NCBI GenBank assembly: GCA_963663275.1
Contig: OY760183.1
Location: 3,168,001-3,232,000, forward strand
Source: Chloroflexota bacterium
GTDB taxonomy: Bacteria; Chloroflexota; UBA11872; VXOZ01
Reading direction: 5' to 3'
Length of the DNA stretch: 64,000 nucleotides
Positions 1 to 8,813 of this stretch are shown here, in pieces (the stretch's first letter is position 1; each line of letters begins with the position of its first letter). The notes under the pieces were generated by a model that saw nothing but the letters and a program-made list of their open reading frames with translations, searched no databases and was not told the origin of the DNA. The position numbers were made by a program, and so were the translations under genes.

Positions 1-110
1 GGCGCGATGCGTCCTGTACTATACTATCCGCAATGATAGCAATCCCCGCGCGCGCGCCGGTGTGACGTGGAGCGAAGCCGGCTGGCGCTCCGGGTACGGA
101 CGGATTCAGG

Positions 111-3100
111 GTGATGCCTGGCGCAACGAACGGTCTCTTGTCCCGCTGCCTGAGCGTGGACCTGGAAGTGAGCGCGGCGGAAGACCGCATCTTCGCGTTG
201 GCCGGCGTGCGCCCGGATACCGGCAGGTCTGTGGTCTTCCCGGAGCGAGGCCGGAGCCTGACCGCCGCGTTGTCACGACTGGACAATCTCACCGGGGGCG
301 CGGACTTTCTGCTGGGCCACAACCTGATTGCCTTCGATTTGCCCAGGCTGCGCGCCGCCAATCCCAGCCTGCGGCTGCTGCGGTTGCCGGCCGTGGATAC
401 GCTGCGGCTGAACCCCCTCGCCTTCCCGCGCAATCCGTATCACCACCTGGTCAAGCATTACCAGGATGGGCAACTCAAACGCGGGCGCGTCAACGACCCG
501 GAACTGGACGCGCGGCTGACGCTGGAGGTCTTCGCCAACCAGCAAAAGGCCTTGCGCGCGGCGCCGCCCGACTTGCTGACCGCCTGGCATTGGCTGACCA
601 CGGTGGAAGACGGCGCGGGCTTCGACCGGGTGTTCGCGGCGCTCCGGCGCGCGGGCAGGCCGTCCGACGCCGAGGCGCGGGCGGCCATGCGCGCACGCGC
701 GGCCGGCGCCGCCTGCCAAACCCACGCCAATGAGGCCATACGCGCCGCGGCCCGCCACGGCTGGGCGCTGGCCTACGCGCTGGCATGGCTCTCGGTCGCC
801 GGGGGCAACTCGGTCATGCCACCCTGGGTGCGGCACCAGTTTCCTGAAGCGGGGCGCTTGGTACGCCGACTACGTAACACCGCATGTGCGGATCCTGCCT
901 GCAACTGGTGCCGGGAGCGGCACGATGCCCGCCAGGAACTTAGCCGCTGGTTTGGCTTCAGCGATTTCCGCCCGCAGCCGGCGGACGAGCGCGGCCGCTC
1001 CAGGCAACAGGCCATCATCGAGGCGGCAATGGCCGGCGAGCACGCGCTGGGGATCCTCCCCACCGGCGCCGGCAAATCGCTGTGCTACCAGGCGCCGGCG
1101 CTCTCGCGCTACGACAAGACCGGCGCGTTGACGGTCGTCATTTCTCCGCTCGTCGCGCTCATGGCGGACCAGGTGGCGGGGCTGGAGGCCAAGGGCATTG
1201 GCTCCTGCGTCACTATCAACGGTCTCTTGTCCATGCCTGAACGCTCCGATGCGCTCGACCGGGTGCGGCTGGGAGACGCCGGCATCCTCCTCATCTCGCC
1301 TGAGCAACTGCGCAGCGTCACCGTGCGCCGTGTCCTGGGTCAGCGCGAGATCGGCGCTTGGGTGCTGGACGAGGCGCACTGCCTCTCCAAGTGGGGGCAC
1401 GACTTCCGGCCCGATTACCGGTACGTCGGGCGCTTCATCCGCAAGCGGGCCGGGGAGGAGCCGGTTCCGCCGGTGTTGTGCCTGACCGCGACCGCCAAGC
1501 CCGACGTGAAAGCGGAACTCGTGGGCTACTTTCAGCAAGAACTCGGTATCGACTTGAAGGTCTTCGACGGCGGCGCGCGGCGCGCCAACCTGGAATTCGT
1601 GGTGGCGCAAACCAGCGGCGGCGCGAAGTTCAATGACATTCACCAGATTCTCACGGCCGATCTACCCGCAGACGGGCAGGGCGGCGCCATCGTCTACTGC
1701 GCGACGCGGCGGCAGGCGGAAGAAATCGCGGAATACTTGGATGCAAAAGGGATGGAGGCCGATTTCTTCCACGCGGGATTGCCGCCGGAGACTAAGAAGA
1801 ACGTCCAGCAACGCTTCATCTCCGGCGCGCTGCGGGTCATCGTCGCCACCAACGCCTTCGGCATGGGCATAGACAAGCCGGACGTGCGCCTGGTGATTCA
1901 CGCCGACATCCCCGGCTCTCTGGAGAACTATCTGCAGGAAGCGGGCCGCGCGGGACGTGACCAGCAAGGGGCGCGCTGCGTGCTGCTCTATACGATGGAA
2001 GACGTGGAGCGACAGTTTGGCATGTCGGCCCGCTCGCGGCTCACGCGGCGGGAAATCCACGGCGTGCTGCGCGCGCTGCGCAACCTGGACCGCAAGGGGC
2101 GCTTGGAAGGGCAGGTGGTAGCCACCTCCGGTGAAATCCTGGGCGAGGACGATGAGAAGGTCTTCAGGCGGGATTCCGCCACCGACGATACCCGCACGCG
2201 CACCGCGGTAGCCTGGCTGGAAGAGGCGGAACTCCTGAACCGAGAGGAAAACCGCGTCCAGGTGTTTCCCTCTTCCCTGCGGGTGCGCTCGTTGGAAGAG
2301 GCGCGCGCCAAGCTGCAAAAGGCCCGCATCACGGCTGGCTACCGCCAAAAACTGCTGAACGTCGCCGCGGAGTTGATCGAGGCGGACGCCGACGAGGGCA
2401 TCTCCACCGACGAACTCATGGCGGCATCGGGCCTGAACGCGGAGGGCGTGCGCGCCGCCCTCTACGACCTGGAACGGCTGGGTATCGCCAGCAACGACAC
2501 GGTGTTAACCGCCTTCGTGCATACCGGCGTGCAACGAGGTTCCCGGCAACGTTTCGAGCAGGCGGCAAACCTGGAAACGGCCTTGATCGATCTCTTGCGC
2601 GAATCGGCCCCGGATACGGAAAAGGGCGAGACGTGGCCGCTGCACCTGCGCGTGGCGACCCAACGGCTGAAGGACGAAGGCCACGCCTACGCGCTGCCGG
2701 AATTCGTGCGGCGGATCGTGCGCAGTATTGCCGCCGACGGGCGGAGCGAGGGCGGCGGCGGGGGCAGCCTCGGCGTGCGCGGACGGGACAGTGAAACCCT
2801 GTACGTGACGTTGCAGCGCGACTGGAAGATGCTGGAGAGAATCGCCGAGTTGCGCCGCGCGGCCGCCGGCCGCTTGCTGGACCATCTGCTCGCCACCCTG
2901 CCGCCAGGAACCCGCGGCACGGACCTCTTGGCCGAGACGACGTTAGGCAAGCTACTGGAGGCTGTCAGTTCCGACATGACCCTCATGAGCGAAATCAAGG
3001 ACCCCGGCAAGCTGACGGATCGTGCCTTGCTCTGGCTGCACGAGCAAGAGGTGATCCAGCTCAATCGGGGACTAACCGTGTTTCGTCCCGCCATGACCAT

Positions 3101-5222
3101 CAGTCTAAGACCGGAGCGGCGCGGTTTCGCCCAGGCCGACTTCGGGGCGCTCAAGCTGCATTACGACGAACAGGTCTTGCAGATACACGTGATGGCGGAA
3201 TACGTGCAACAGGGCCTGCAAGCGATGGCGGACGCCTTGCGCTTGGCCGTGGACTACTTCAGCCTACGCCGGGAGGAGTTTCTGCGCCGCTGGTTGCCGG
3301 ATCGCGACCGCGAGCTTTCCCGCCAGACCACGCCGGAATCGTGGCAGACAATCGTTGAAAGCTTGCATAACCCCATCCAAAGACGAATCGTCGCCGACGA
3401 CCGGGAACAAACGAACGTCCTGGTGCTGGCCGGTCCCGGCTCCGGCAAGACGCGGGTGCTGGTGCACCGCATCGCCTATCTGGTGCGCGCGAGGCGCGAG
3501 GACCCGCGCGGCATCCTGGCGCTGGCCTATAACCGGCACGCCGCGGTTGAGATTCGCCGCCGCCTGGGGGAACTCATCGGCGACGACGCCCGCGGCGTCA
3601 TCGTGCTTACCTGCCACGCGCTCGCCATGCGGCTGGTAGGCGCGAGTTTCACCGGACGCGCGAACAGCCTGCGCGAAGGCGAATTTCAAGAAATCCTGCA
3701 CCAAGCGGTGGCTCTGCTGCGCGGCGAGGGGCTGCCGCCGGACGAAGCAGACGAGTACCGCGCGCGGCTGCTGGCGGGTTTTCGTTGGATATTGGTGGAC
3801 GAGTACCAGGACATCGGCCCGGACCAGTACGCGCTGATTTCCGCCCTGGCCGGCAGGACGCTTGCCGAGGAAGACGACAAGCTCAGCCTCTTTGCGGTGG
3901 GTGACGACGATCAGAACATCTACGCCTTCAACGGCTCGTCAGTCGAGTTCATCCGTCGCTTCGAAGAGGACTACACGGCACGGCCCGTGTTCCTTACGGA
4001 CAACTATCGCTCCACCGCCAACATCATCGCGGCCGCCAATGCGGTTATCGAACCGGCCCGGCAGCGGATGAAGACCGGGCATCCAATCCACGTAGACCGC
4101 GCACGCGAAAAAGAACCGCCCGGCGGCGCGTGGGCCGGATTGGACCCCGTGACGCGCGGCCGCGTCCAGATATTGCCGGTTGGCGGCACGCCTATCGCCC
4201 AGGCGCAGGCGGTTGTGGCTGAACTGAAGCGGCTCTCCGGCCTCACCCGCGACTGGGACTGGTCTACCTGCGCGGTAATCGCCCGCGCGTGGCGTTACCT
4301 GGATCCGGTGCGCAGCCTGTGCGAACTGGATGGCATTCCGGTGCAGATGGCAAATGAAGAGTTCACCGGTGTCTGGCATCTGCGGGAAACCCAAGCGCTC
4401 GTTGCATGGCTGCGGGGGCGCGATTCCCGCTTGGTGACGAGCGCCGCTCTAGCCGACCGGCTGGCGGAGCAACCCGCAAGCGACTGGACCGAACTATTGC
4501 GGCAAGCGGTGGAGGAATACGCTTTGGAAACCGGCGGCGCCGAGACGCCGGTAGACCACTGCATCGAATGGCTGGCCGAGTGGGCGCGGGAGGCGCGCCG
4601 CCGCCAGCGAGGGCTGTTGCTGCTGACCGCCCATCGCGCCAAGGGCCTGGAATTCGCGCACGTGGTCGTGCTGGACGGCGGCTGGGAGCGCGTTAGCCGG
4701 GGCGAGGATGCGGACGCCCCGCGCCGCCTCTACTACGTGGCCATGACCCGCGCCCGGCAGACACTCGCCCTCGCCTGCCTCCCCGGGCCACACCCCTTCC
4801 AAGACTCCTTGTCTAACCTTCCATCCGTGCAGTATCGCAGGCCGCTCGTCGACTTCCCACCGGCCAGGCCGGAATTGGCGCGCAGCTACCGGCGGCTCAG
4901 CCTGCGCGACATCTTTCTCAGCTTTGCCGGGTACAGGCGTCCTGAAGATCCGGTCCATCGTGCCATTGCCGCGCTCTCGCCCGGAGACACGTTGGGTGTG
5001 CGCGAAAGCACGAACCGCTGGCAACTTCTCGATGGCAATGGAACGGTCGTAGGCCAGCTTGCAAGCAGTTTCGCGCCACCCAATGGCATGCGTTGCGCAT
5101 ATGCTACGGTGCTGGCAATTGTCTCGTGGGAGAAAGAGAAATCCGAGCCGGATTACCAAGACAATCTGCGCTGCGAGAAATGGGAAGTTGTAGTACCTGA
5201 GTTGGTATTCGAGCCGGAGTAG
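111..5222 (+). CDS. Fusion helicase: N-terminal DEDD-like exonuclease domain + RecQ-family SF2 helicase + UvrD/Rep-like SF1 helicase (1703 aa)
   Basis: N-term VDLE...GHNLIAFDL...VDTL; RecQ motifs PTGAGKS, SPL, DEAH, WGHDFRPDY, TAT, ATNAFGMGIDKPDVR, QEAGRAGRD; UvrD motifs AGPGSGKT, DEYQD, GDDDQNIY, NYRS, TAHRAKGLEF, YVAMTRA. Confidence 0.9.
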   Translation: MMPGATNGLLSRCLSVDLEVSAAEDRIFALAGVRPDTGRSVVFPERGRSLTAALSRLDNLTGGADFLLGHNLIAFDLPRLRAANPSLRLLRLPAVDTLRLNPLAFPRNPYHHLVKHYQDGQLKRGRVNDPELDARLTLEVFANQQKALRAAPPDLLTAWHWLTTVEDGAGFDRVFAALRRAGRPSDAEARAAMRARAAGAACQTHANEAIRAAARHGWALAYALAWLSVAGGNSVMPPWVRHQFPEAGRLVRRLRNTACADPACNWCRERHDARQELSRWFGFSDFRPQPADERGRSRQQAIIEAAMAGEHALGILPTGAGKSLCYQAPALSRYDKTGALTVVISPLVALMADQVAGLEAKGIGSCVTINGLLSMPERSDALDRVRLGDAGILLISPEQLRSVTVRRVLGQREIGAWVLDEAHCLSKWGHDFRPDYRYVGRFIRKRAGEEPVPPVLCLTATAKPDVKAELVGYFQQELGIDLKVFDGGARRANLEFVVAQTSGGAKFNDIHQILTADLPADGQGGAIVYCATRRQAEEIAEYLDAKGMEADFFHAGLPPETKKNVQQRFISGALRVIVATNAFGMGIDKPDVRLVIHADIPGSLENYLQEAGRAGRDQQGARCVLLYTMEDVERQFGMSARSRLTRREIHGVLRALRNLDRKGRLEGQVVATSGEILGEDDEKVFRRDSATDDTRTRTAVAWLEEAELLNREENRVQVFPSSLRVRSLEEARAKLQKARITAGYRQKLLNVAAELIEADADEGISTDELMAASGLNAEGVRAALYDLERLGIASNDTVLTAFVHTGVQRGSRQRFEQAANLETALIDLLRESAPDTEKGETWPLHLRVATQRLKDEGHAYALPEFVRRIVRSIAADGRSEGGGGGSLGVRGRDSETLYVTLQRDWKMLERIAELRRAAAGRLLDHLLATLPPGTRGTDLLAETTLGKLLEAVSSDMTLMSEIKDPGKLTDRALLWLHEQEVIQLNRGLTVFRPAMTISLRPERRGFAQADFGALKLHYDEQVLQIHVMAEYVQQGLQAMADALRLAVDYFSLRREEFLRRWLPDRDRELSRQTTPESWQTIVESLHNPIQRRIVADDREQTNVLVLAGPGSGKTRVLVHRIAYLVRARREDPRGILALAYNRHAAVEIRRRLGELIGDDARGVIVLTCHALAMRLVGASFTGRANSLREGEFQEILHQAVALLRGEGLPPDEADEYRARLLAGFRWILVDEYQDIGPDQYALISALAGRTLAEEDDKLSLFAVGDDDQNIYAFNGSSVEFIRRFEEDYTARPVFLTDNYRSTANIIAAANAVIEPARQRMKTGHPIHVDRAREKEPPGGAWAGLDPVTRGRVQILPVGGTPIAQAQAVVAELKRLSGLTRDWDWSTCAVIARAWRYLDPVRSLCELDGIPVQMANEEFTGVWHLRETQALVAWLRGRDSRLVTSAALADRLAEQPASDWTELLRQAVEEYALETGGAETPVDHCIEWLAEWAREARRRQRGLLLLTAHRAKGLEFAHVVVLDGGWERVSRGEDADAPRRLYYVAMTRARQTLALACLPGPHPFQDSLSNLPSVQYRRPLVDFPPARPELARSYRRLSLRDIFLSFAGYRRPEDPVHRAIAALSPGDTLGVRESTNRWQLLDGNGTVVGQLASSFAPPNGMRCAYATVLAIVSWEKEKSEPDYQDNLRCEKWEVVVPELVFEPE

Positions 5223-5361
5223 GCACTCGCTGGGTTGTGTTAACTTTCCAAGAATCAGTCCATGATTACTGTGGGAATAGCACGACGGACTCCATCATTT
5301 GTATTTTGAAGAAAGCGTACAAATGAGTGAATCCGAAAGGTAACGCGAGAGCGCGCCGTCC

Positions 5362-5445
5362 GTCATTCCCGCGCAAGCGGGAATCCATCCGTATTCTATC
5401 TCGCTGCACACAACACCAGGAGCGGGGGACAAGCCCCCGCGCTAC
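5362..5445. repeat. Two REP-like palindromes (GTCATTCCCGCGCAAGCGGGAATCCA; GGGGGACAAGCCCCCGCGCTAC)
   Basis: Short intergenic hairpins; the second family recurs at ~53573, ~59279 and ~59475. Confidence 0.7.
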
Positions 5446-5618
5446 GCTCGGAATGAGACGCACTATCAACACTACCTAACAACCAAAGAGCCAGACACAA
5501 TCTACGCCGCCCGCGTCATGACAACCGTCGCTATCGAACATCCCTACACCATCGGCCTGATTGCGTCTTGCAGTATACTATCGGCACAGGAGGCTTAGAT
5601 GTCCTTGGTGAGGCCGCT

Positions 5619-7688
5619 ATGACGTTGCGCAAGACGCTGGGTGAATCCGAACACGGCGAAACGCTTGGCTTCAACTTCGACGATGGCGGCGGGCTGCGGG
5701 TGGCGCGGGCGCGGTTCGAGTCCGAGAGCAAGTTCGATTGGTCGTTGTTCGACGGTTACGACCGGGTGCGCATACTCACCTACTCGGCGGGGGTGAGCGC
5801 GCTCGTGCGGCTGCTGGAGCGGCACGGGTTCAGCGACTTCGAGTGCGTCTTTGGCTGCGAGAGCACGCTGCGCACCCTGAAGGACATCCTGGCGTTCCAG
5901 CAGGTTGCCATTGGCGACACGCGGGCGGCCATCAAGGGGCTATCCGACGAACGCCACGCCTTCATTCTCAGCCGCGTGCGGCAGGGGCAGGCGCGGTTTC
6001 GGGTGCTGCGCAAGCAAATCGCCCACGCCAAACTCTACCTGCTGGAGAACACCGAGACCGGTAGCACCCGCGCTATAATCGGCTCCGCGAACCTCTCCGA
6101 AACGGCCTTTGGCGGCCGCCAGTCCGAGACGCTGGTCTGCTTCGACGACGACTTGGCCGCCTGGCGCCACTACCTGGGCATGTACGAAGCCATCCGCGAC
6201 CGCGCCTCCAACGAGATTCCGCTGCCGCCGGAACGCATCGAGAAGGCCGAAATAACGCTGGAAGAAGCGCCCGTCCTGGACCCGGCAGACATTTCCACTC
6301 TGGTCATTGACAATACGGAAGCCGAGCCGGAACCGGGCGCCGGCGTCCAGATCGCCGTGCCCGCGCAGATCGAGCGCATCGAGAAGATGAAAGCCGCCAT
6401 ACCGCCGGTGGTTGGCAACCTCATGCCGCCGGTGCGCAACGGCAGGCAGCGCATCACGCCCGACGTCCGGCGCACGATCGTGCGCGAATCCAGCCGTATC
6501 CGCACGGTGCAATCCGAGGAAGAGGCCGACCACCGCCAGCTTTCCATCGACCGCGACGCCAGGACCGTCACGCTGCTCGGCGAACCGTTTTCGCTGGAAA
6601 CCGACCGTGCCGCCGCCAAGCGGGACGCGGACCTGCTGGTTGACTTCTTCAGCAACTACGAAGGCACGTTCGAAGGCGGCATGGGGGTGGAGCGGCTCCA
6701 GCGCGACTACTTCATCCTCTGGTCGTGGCTCTATTTCGCGCCGTTCATGTGCGACCTGCGCACGCTGGCGGGGCACCAGGGCGACATCTTCCGCTTCCCC
6801 TCGTTCGCCATCGTCTACGGCAAGCCCTCCTGCGGCAAGTCCAGCCTGATCGACACGCTGATGACCTCCATGTTCGGCAAGGCGTACAGCGTCGACAAGC
6901 GCGAGTTCACCAAGGCCCGGCTGCGGGACATCCAGCACGCCTACAAGCGCTTTCCCGCCGTGTTCGACGACATCGGCCGGGCCGCCATCCGCAGCCACGG
7001 CGAGGACGTGATCAAGGACGAAAACCCGCCGCTGGCTGCCGAGTACCCCTGCTTCGTGCTCTCCATGAACCAGGAACTCAAGGCCTTCAGCGACCAGATC
7101 GTCAAGCGCAGCCTGATGATCTACACCACCACCGCGCTGCCGTCATACAAGGAGAGCCTGCGCCACGAACTGCACCTGAAGATACAGGAGGTGCGCCGGG
7201 GCCTCTCCACGCATCTCTACCGCGCGTACCTGGGGCGGACGCTGGAACACCTGAGCGCCAACCCCAAGCCCGAGGACTGGCTGGCGCTCTCGTCCACCAT
7301 CCTGGCCGGGCTGATCGGCGACCTGCGGGACGCGCGCCCGCCGCTCTGGTGCGCCCCCATCACCTGGGACGCATACGCCGACAAACGCCACGAGCGCGTC
7401 AAGGCGCAACTGGAACACCTGCTGCGCCCGGCCACCCGCATGAAACAGGAAGGCGACCGGCCCACCGGCTGGTTCCTGGAAGGCGCTACGGTCATCGTGC
7501 TGGAACAAACCAACACCTTCGGCCGCCGCGAGTTCGATTGGGAAAACGTCCCCTCCACCCTCATCGACGACAACGCCAGCGTGGGCGGGAGAACAGTGCT
7601 GAACCGGCGGGAATTGGAGGAGTTTCTGGGGGCGAAACTCTCCGGTCAGGGGAATAGGCTCTTGGACAAGCTGTTCGGTTGGCGTTAA
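5619..7688 (+). CDS. PLD-family nuclease domain + P-loop ATPase (restriction-endonuclease-like, NgoFVII/PLD type)
   Basis: HAKLYL...IIGSANLS PLD motif; Walker A GKPSCGKS, Walker B VFDDI; ATG 5619 preceded by GGTGAGG. Confidence 0.8.
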   Translation: MTLRKTLGESEHGETLGFNFDDGGGLRVARARFESESKFDWSLFDGYDRVRILTYSAGVSALVRLLERHGFSDFECVFGCESTLRTLKDILAFQQVAIGDTRAAIKGLSDERHAFILSRVRQGQARFRVLRKQIAHAKLYLLENTETGSTRAIIGSANLSETAFGGRQSETLVCFDDDLAAWRHYLGMYEAIRDRASNEIPLPPERIEKAEITLEEAPVLDPADISTLVIDNTEAEPEPGAGVQIAVPAQIERIEKMKAAIPPVVGNLMPPVRNGRQRITPDVRRTIVRESSRIRTVQSEEEADHRQLSIDRDARTVTLLGEPFSLETDRAAAKRDADLLVDFFSNYEGTFEGGMGVERLQRDYFILWSWLYFAPFMCDLRTLAGHQGDIFRFPSFAIVYGKPSCGKSSLIDTLMTSMFGKAYSVDKREFTKARLRDIQHAYKRFPAVFDDIGRAAIRSHGEDVIKDENPPLAAEYPCFVLSMNQELKAFSDQIVKRSLMIYTTTALPSYKESLRHELHLKIQEVRRGLSTHLYRAYLGRTLEHLSANPKPEDWLALSSTILAGLIGDLRDARPPLWCAPITWDAYADKRHERVKAQLEHLLRPATRMKQEGDRPTGWFLEGATVIVLEQTNTFGRREFDWENVPSTLIDDNASVGGRTVLNRRELEEFLGAKLSGQGNRLLDKLFGWR

Positions 7689-7771
7689 AGAGAAGAACAA
7701 CTGTGCCGCAGCCAAAATGAACCGGACGTACCGTTCTGTTGGTTCATGCTCCCGCGTGACACGTAGCCCGC

Positions 7772-7792
7772 TTGTACGATGTATCGTACAAT
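7772..7792 (+). promoter_or_regulatory. Palindromic operator overlapping the -10 (TACAAT) of the TA operon
   Basis: Perfect inverted repeat TTGTACGAT-gt-ATCGTACAA immediately before the toxin start, as expected for antitoxin autorepression. Confidence 0.65.
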
Positions 7793-7798
7793 ATGGTC

Positions 7799-8095
7799 AT
7801 GTACACGATCCTGCGAAGCGCGACGTTCAACCGGTGGCTGAGCAGGCTGCGGGACCGGCAGGCGGTAGACCGCATCGTCGCCAGGTTGCTGGCAGCCGAA
7901 GACGGGCATCTGGGAGACGTGCGGTCTGTTGGCGGCGGCGTGTCGGAGATGAGAATCCAGCATGGACCTGGATACCGGGTCTACTTCATCACGCGCGGCG
8001 CTGAGTTGATCGTCCTGCTATGCGGCGGCGACAAGGACAGCCAACGGCGAGACATCGAGCGTGCCAAGAGAATGGCGACAGAATGGAGGAGCTGA
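7799..8095 (+). CDS. Type II TA toxin, RelE/ParE superfamily (HigB-like addiction module killer protein)
   Basis: GDVRSVGGGVSEMRIQHGPGYRVYF...LLCGGDKDSQRRDI signature; start could be 7793 or 7799. Confidence 0.9.
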   Translation: MYTILRSATFNRWLSRLRDRQAVDRIVARLLAAEDGHLGDVRSVGGGVSEMRIQHGPGYRVYFITRGAELIVLLCGGDKDSQRRDIERAKRMATEWRS

Positions 8096-8460
8096 TGTCT
8101 GAGGAGTACCGAAAGTTCGACGCGGCGGACTACATAAAGACTGCGGAAGATGCCCGAGGGCTTCTCAGAGCGGCTGCGGATGAGGATCTTGGGGATGGGG
8201 CCGTGATTCGCGCCGCCCTCAAGTACCTCGCTCGGACGCAGAACATGAGCGCCCTCGCCCGCGAAACCGGGCTTAACCGGGGCAACCTCTACGCGGCGCT
8301 GTCAGCAGACGGCAACCCTACCCTGGCAACACTGCTGAAGGTTGCCAACGCCCTGGGGCTGAGGCTGCGCCTCGAGCCTGTCGAAAGCCCCGCCCAGAAC
8401 GCGCAACCGGCTGAAGCAAGACGGCGCTCAAATCACCGGCCGGATACCGGAGGACGCTAA
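8095..8460 (+). CDS. Addiction module antidote protein (HigA-like HTH antitoxin)
   Basis: FDAADY...MSALARETGLNRGNLYAALSADGNPTLATLLKV; TGATG coupling with the toxin. Confidence 0.88.
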   Translation: MSEEYRKFDAADYIKTAEDARGLLRAAADEDLGDGAVIRAALKYLARTQNMSALARETGLNRGNLYAALSADGNPTLATLLKVANALGLRLRLEPVESPAQNAQPAEARRRSNHRPDTGGR

Positions 8461-8659
8461 GGTCATCGTCATCGAGCAGACCGACACCTTCGGCCGCCGC
8501 GAGTTCGATTGGGGAAAAGTCCCCTCTACCCTCACCCACGACAACGCCACCGTGGGCGGCAGAACGGTACTAAACCGGCGGGAGTTGGAGGAGTTCTTGG
8601 GCGTGAAACTCAGTGGAGGACGAAATAACCTACTTGACAGGATTCTCGGTAGGAGATGA
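8405..8659 (+). pseudogene. Orphan 3' end (85 codons incl. stop) of a homologue of the PLD-ATPase gene
   Basis: Colinear, indel-free match to 7434-7688 (KVIVIEQTDTFGRREFDWGKVPSTL vs TVIVLEQTNTFGRREFDWENVPSTL) with many synonymous differences; no start. Confidence 0.85.
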
Positions 8660-8813
8660 TTGACAGGCAACCTTCAAAACAACATTATGGGCGTTTGGAA
8701 TCACTGTCAAGCTACTCGATAGTAGAGTGCCCAATAAACATGACTTGTGGTTCTGAGCCTATTGGTTTGGCTTATTCCGAGGTTTCGGAATCAGTCACTT
8801 TGCGCTCATGGTG

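Noticed and set aside
5223-5345. Small AT-rich ORF (5266-5472, minus)
   Set aside because: Runs through REP palindromes and has no recognisable motif; at most a gene remnant.
7434-8659. DGR template/variable repeat pair
   Set aside because: Differences are not adenine-specific, many are synonymous, and no reverse transcriptase is in the window.
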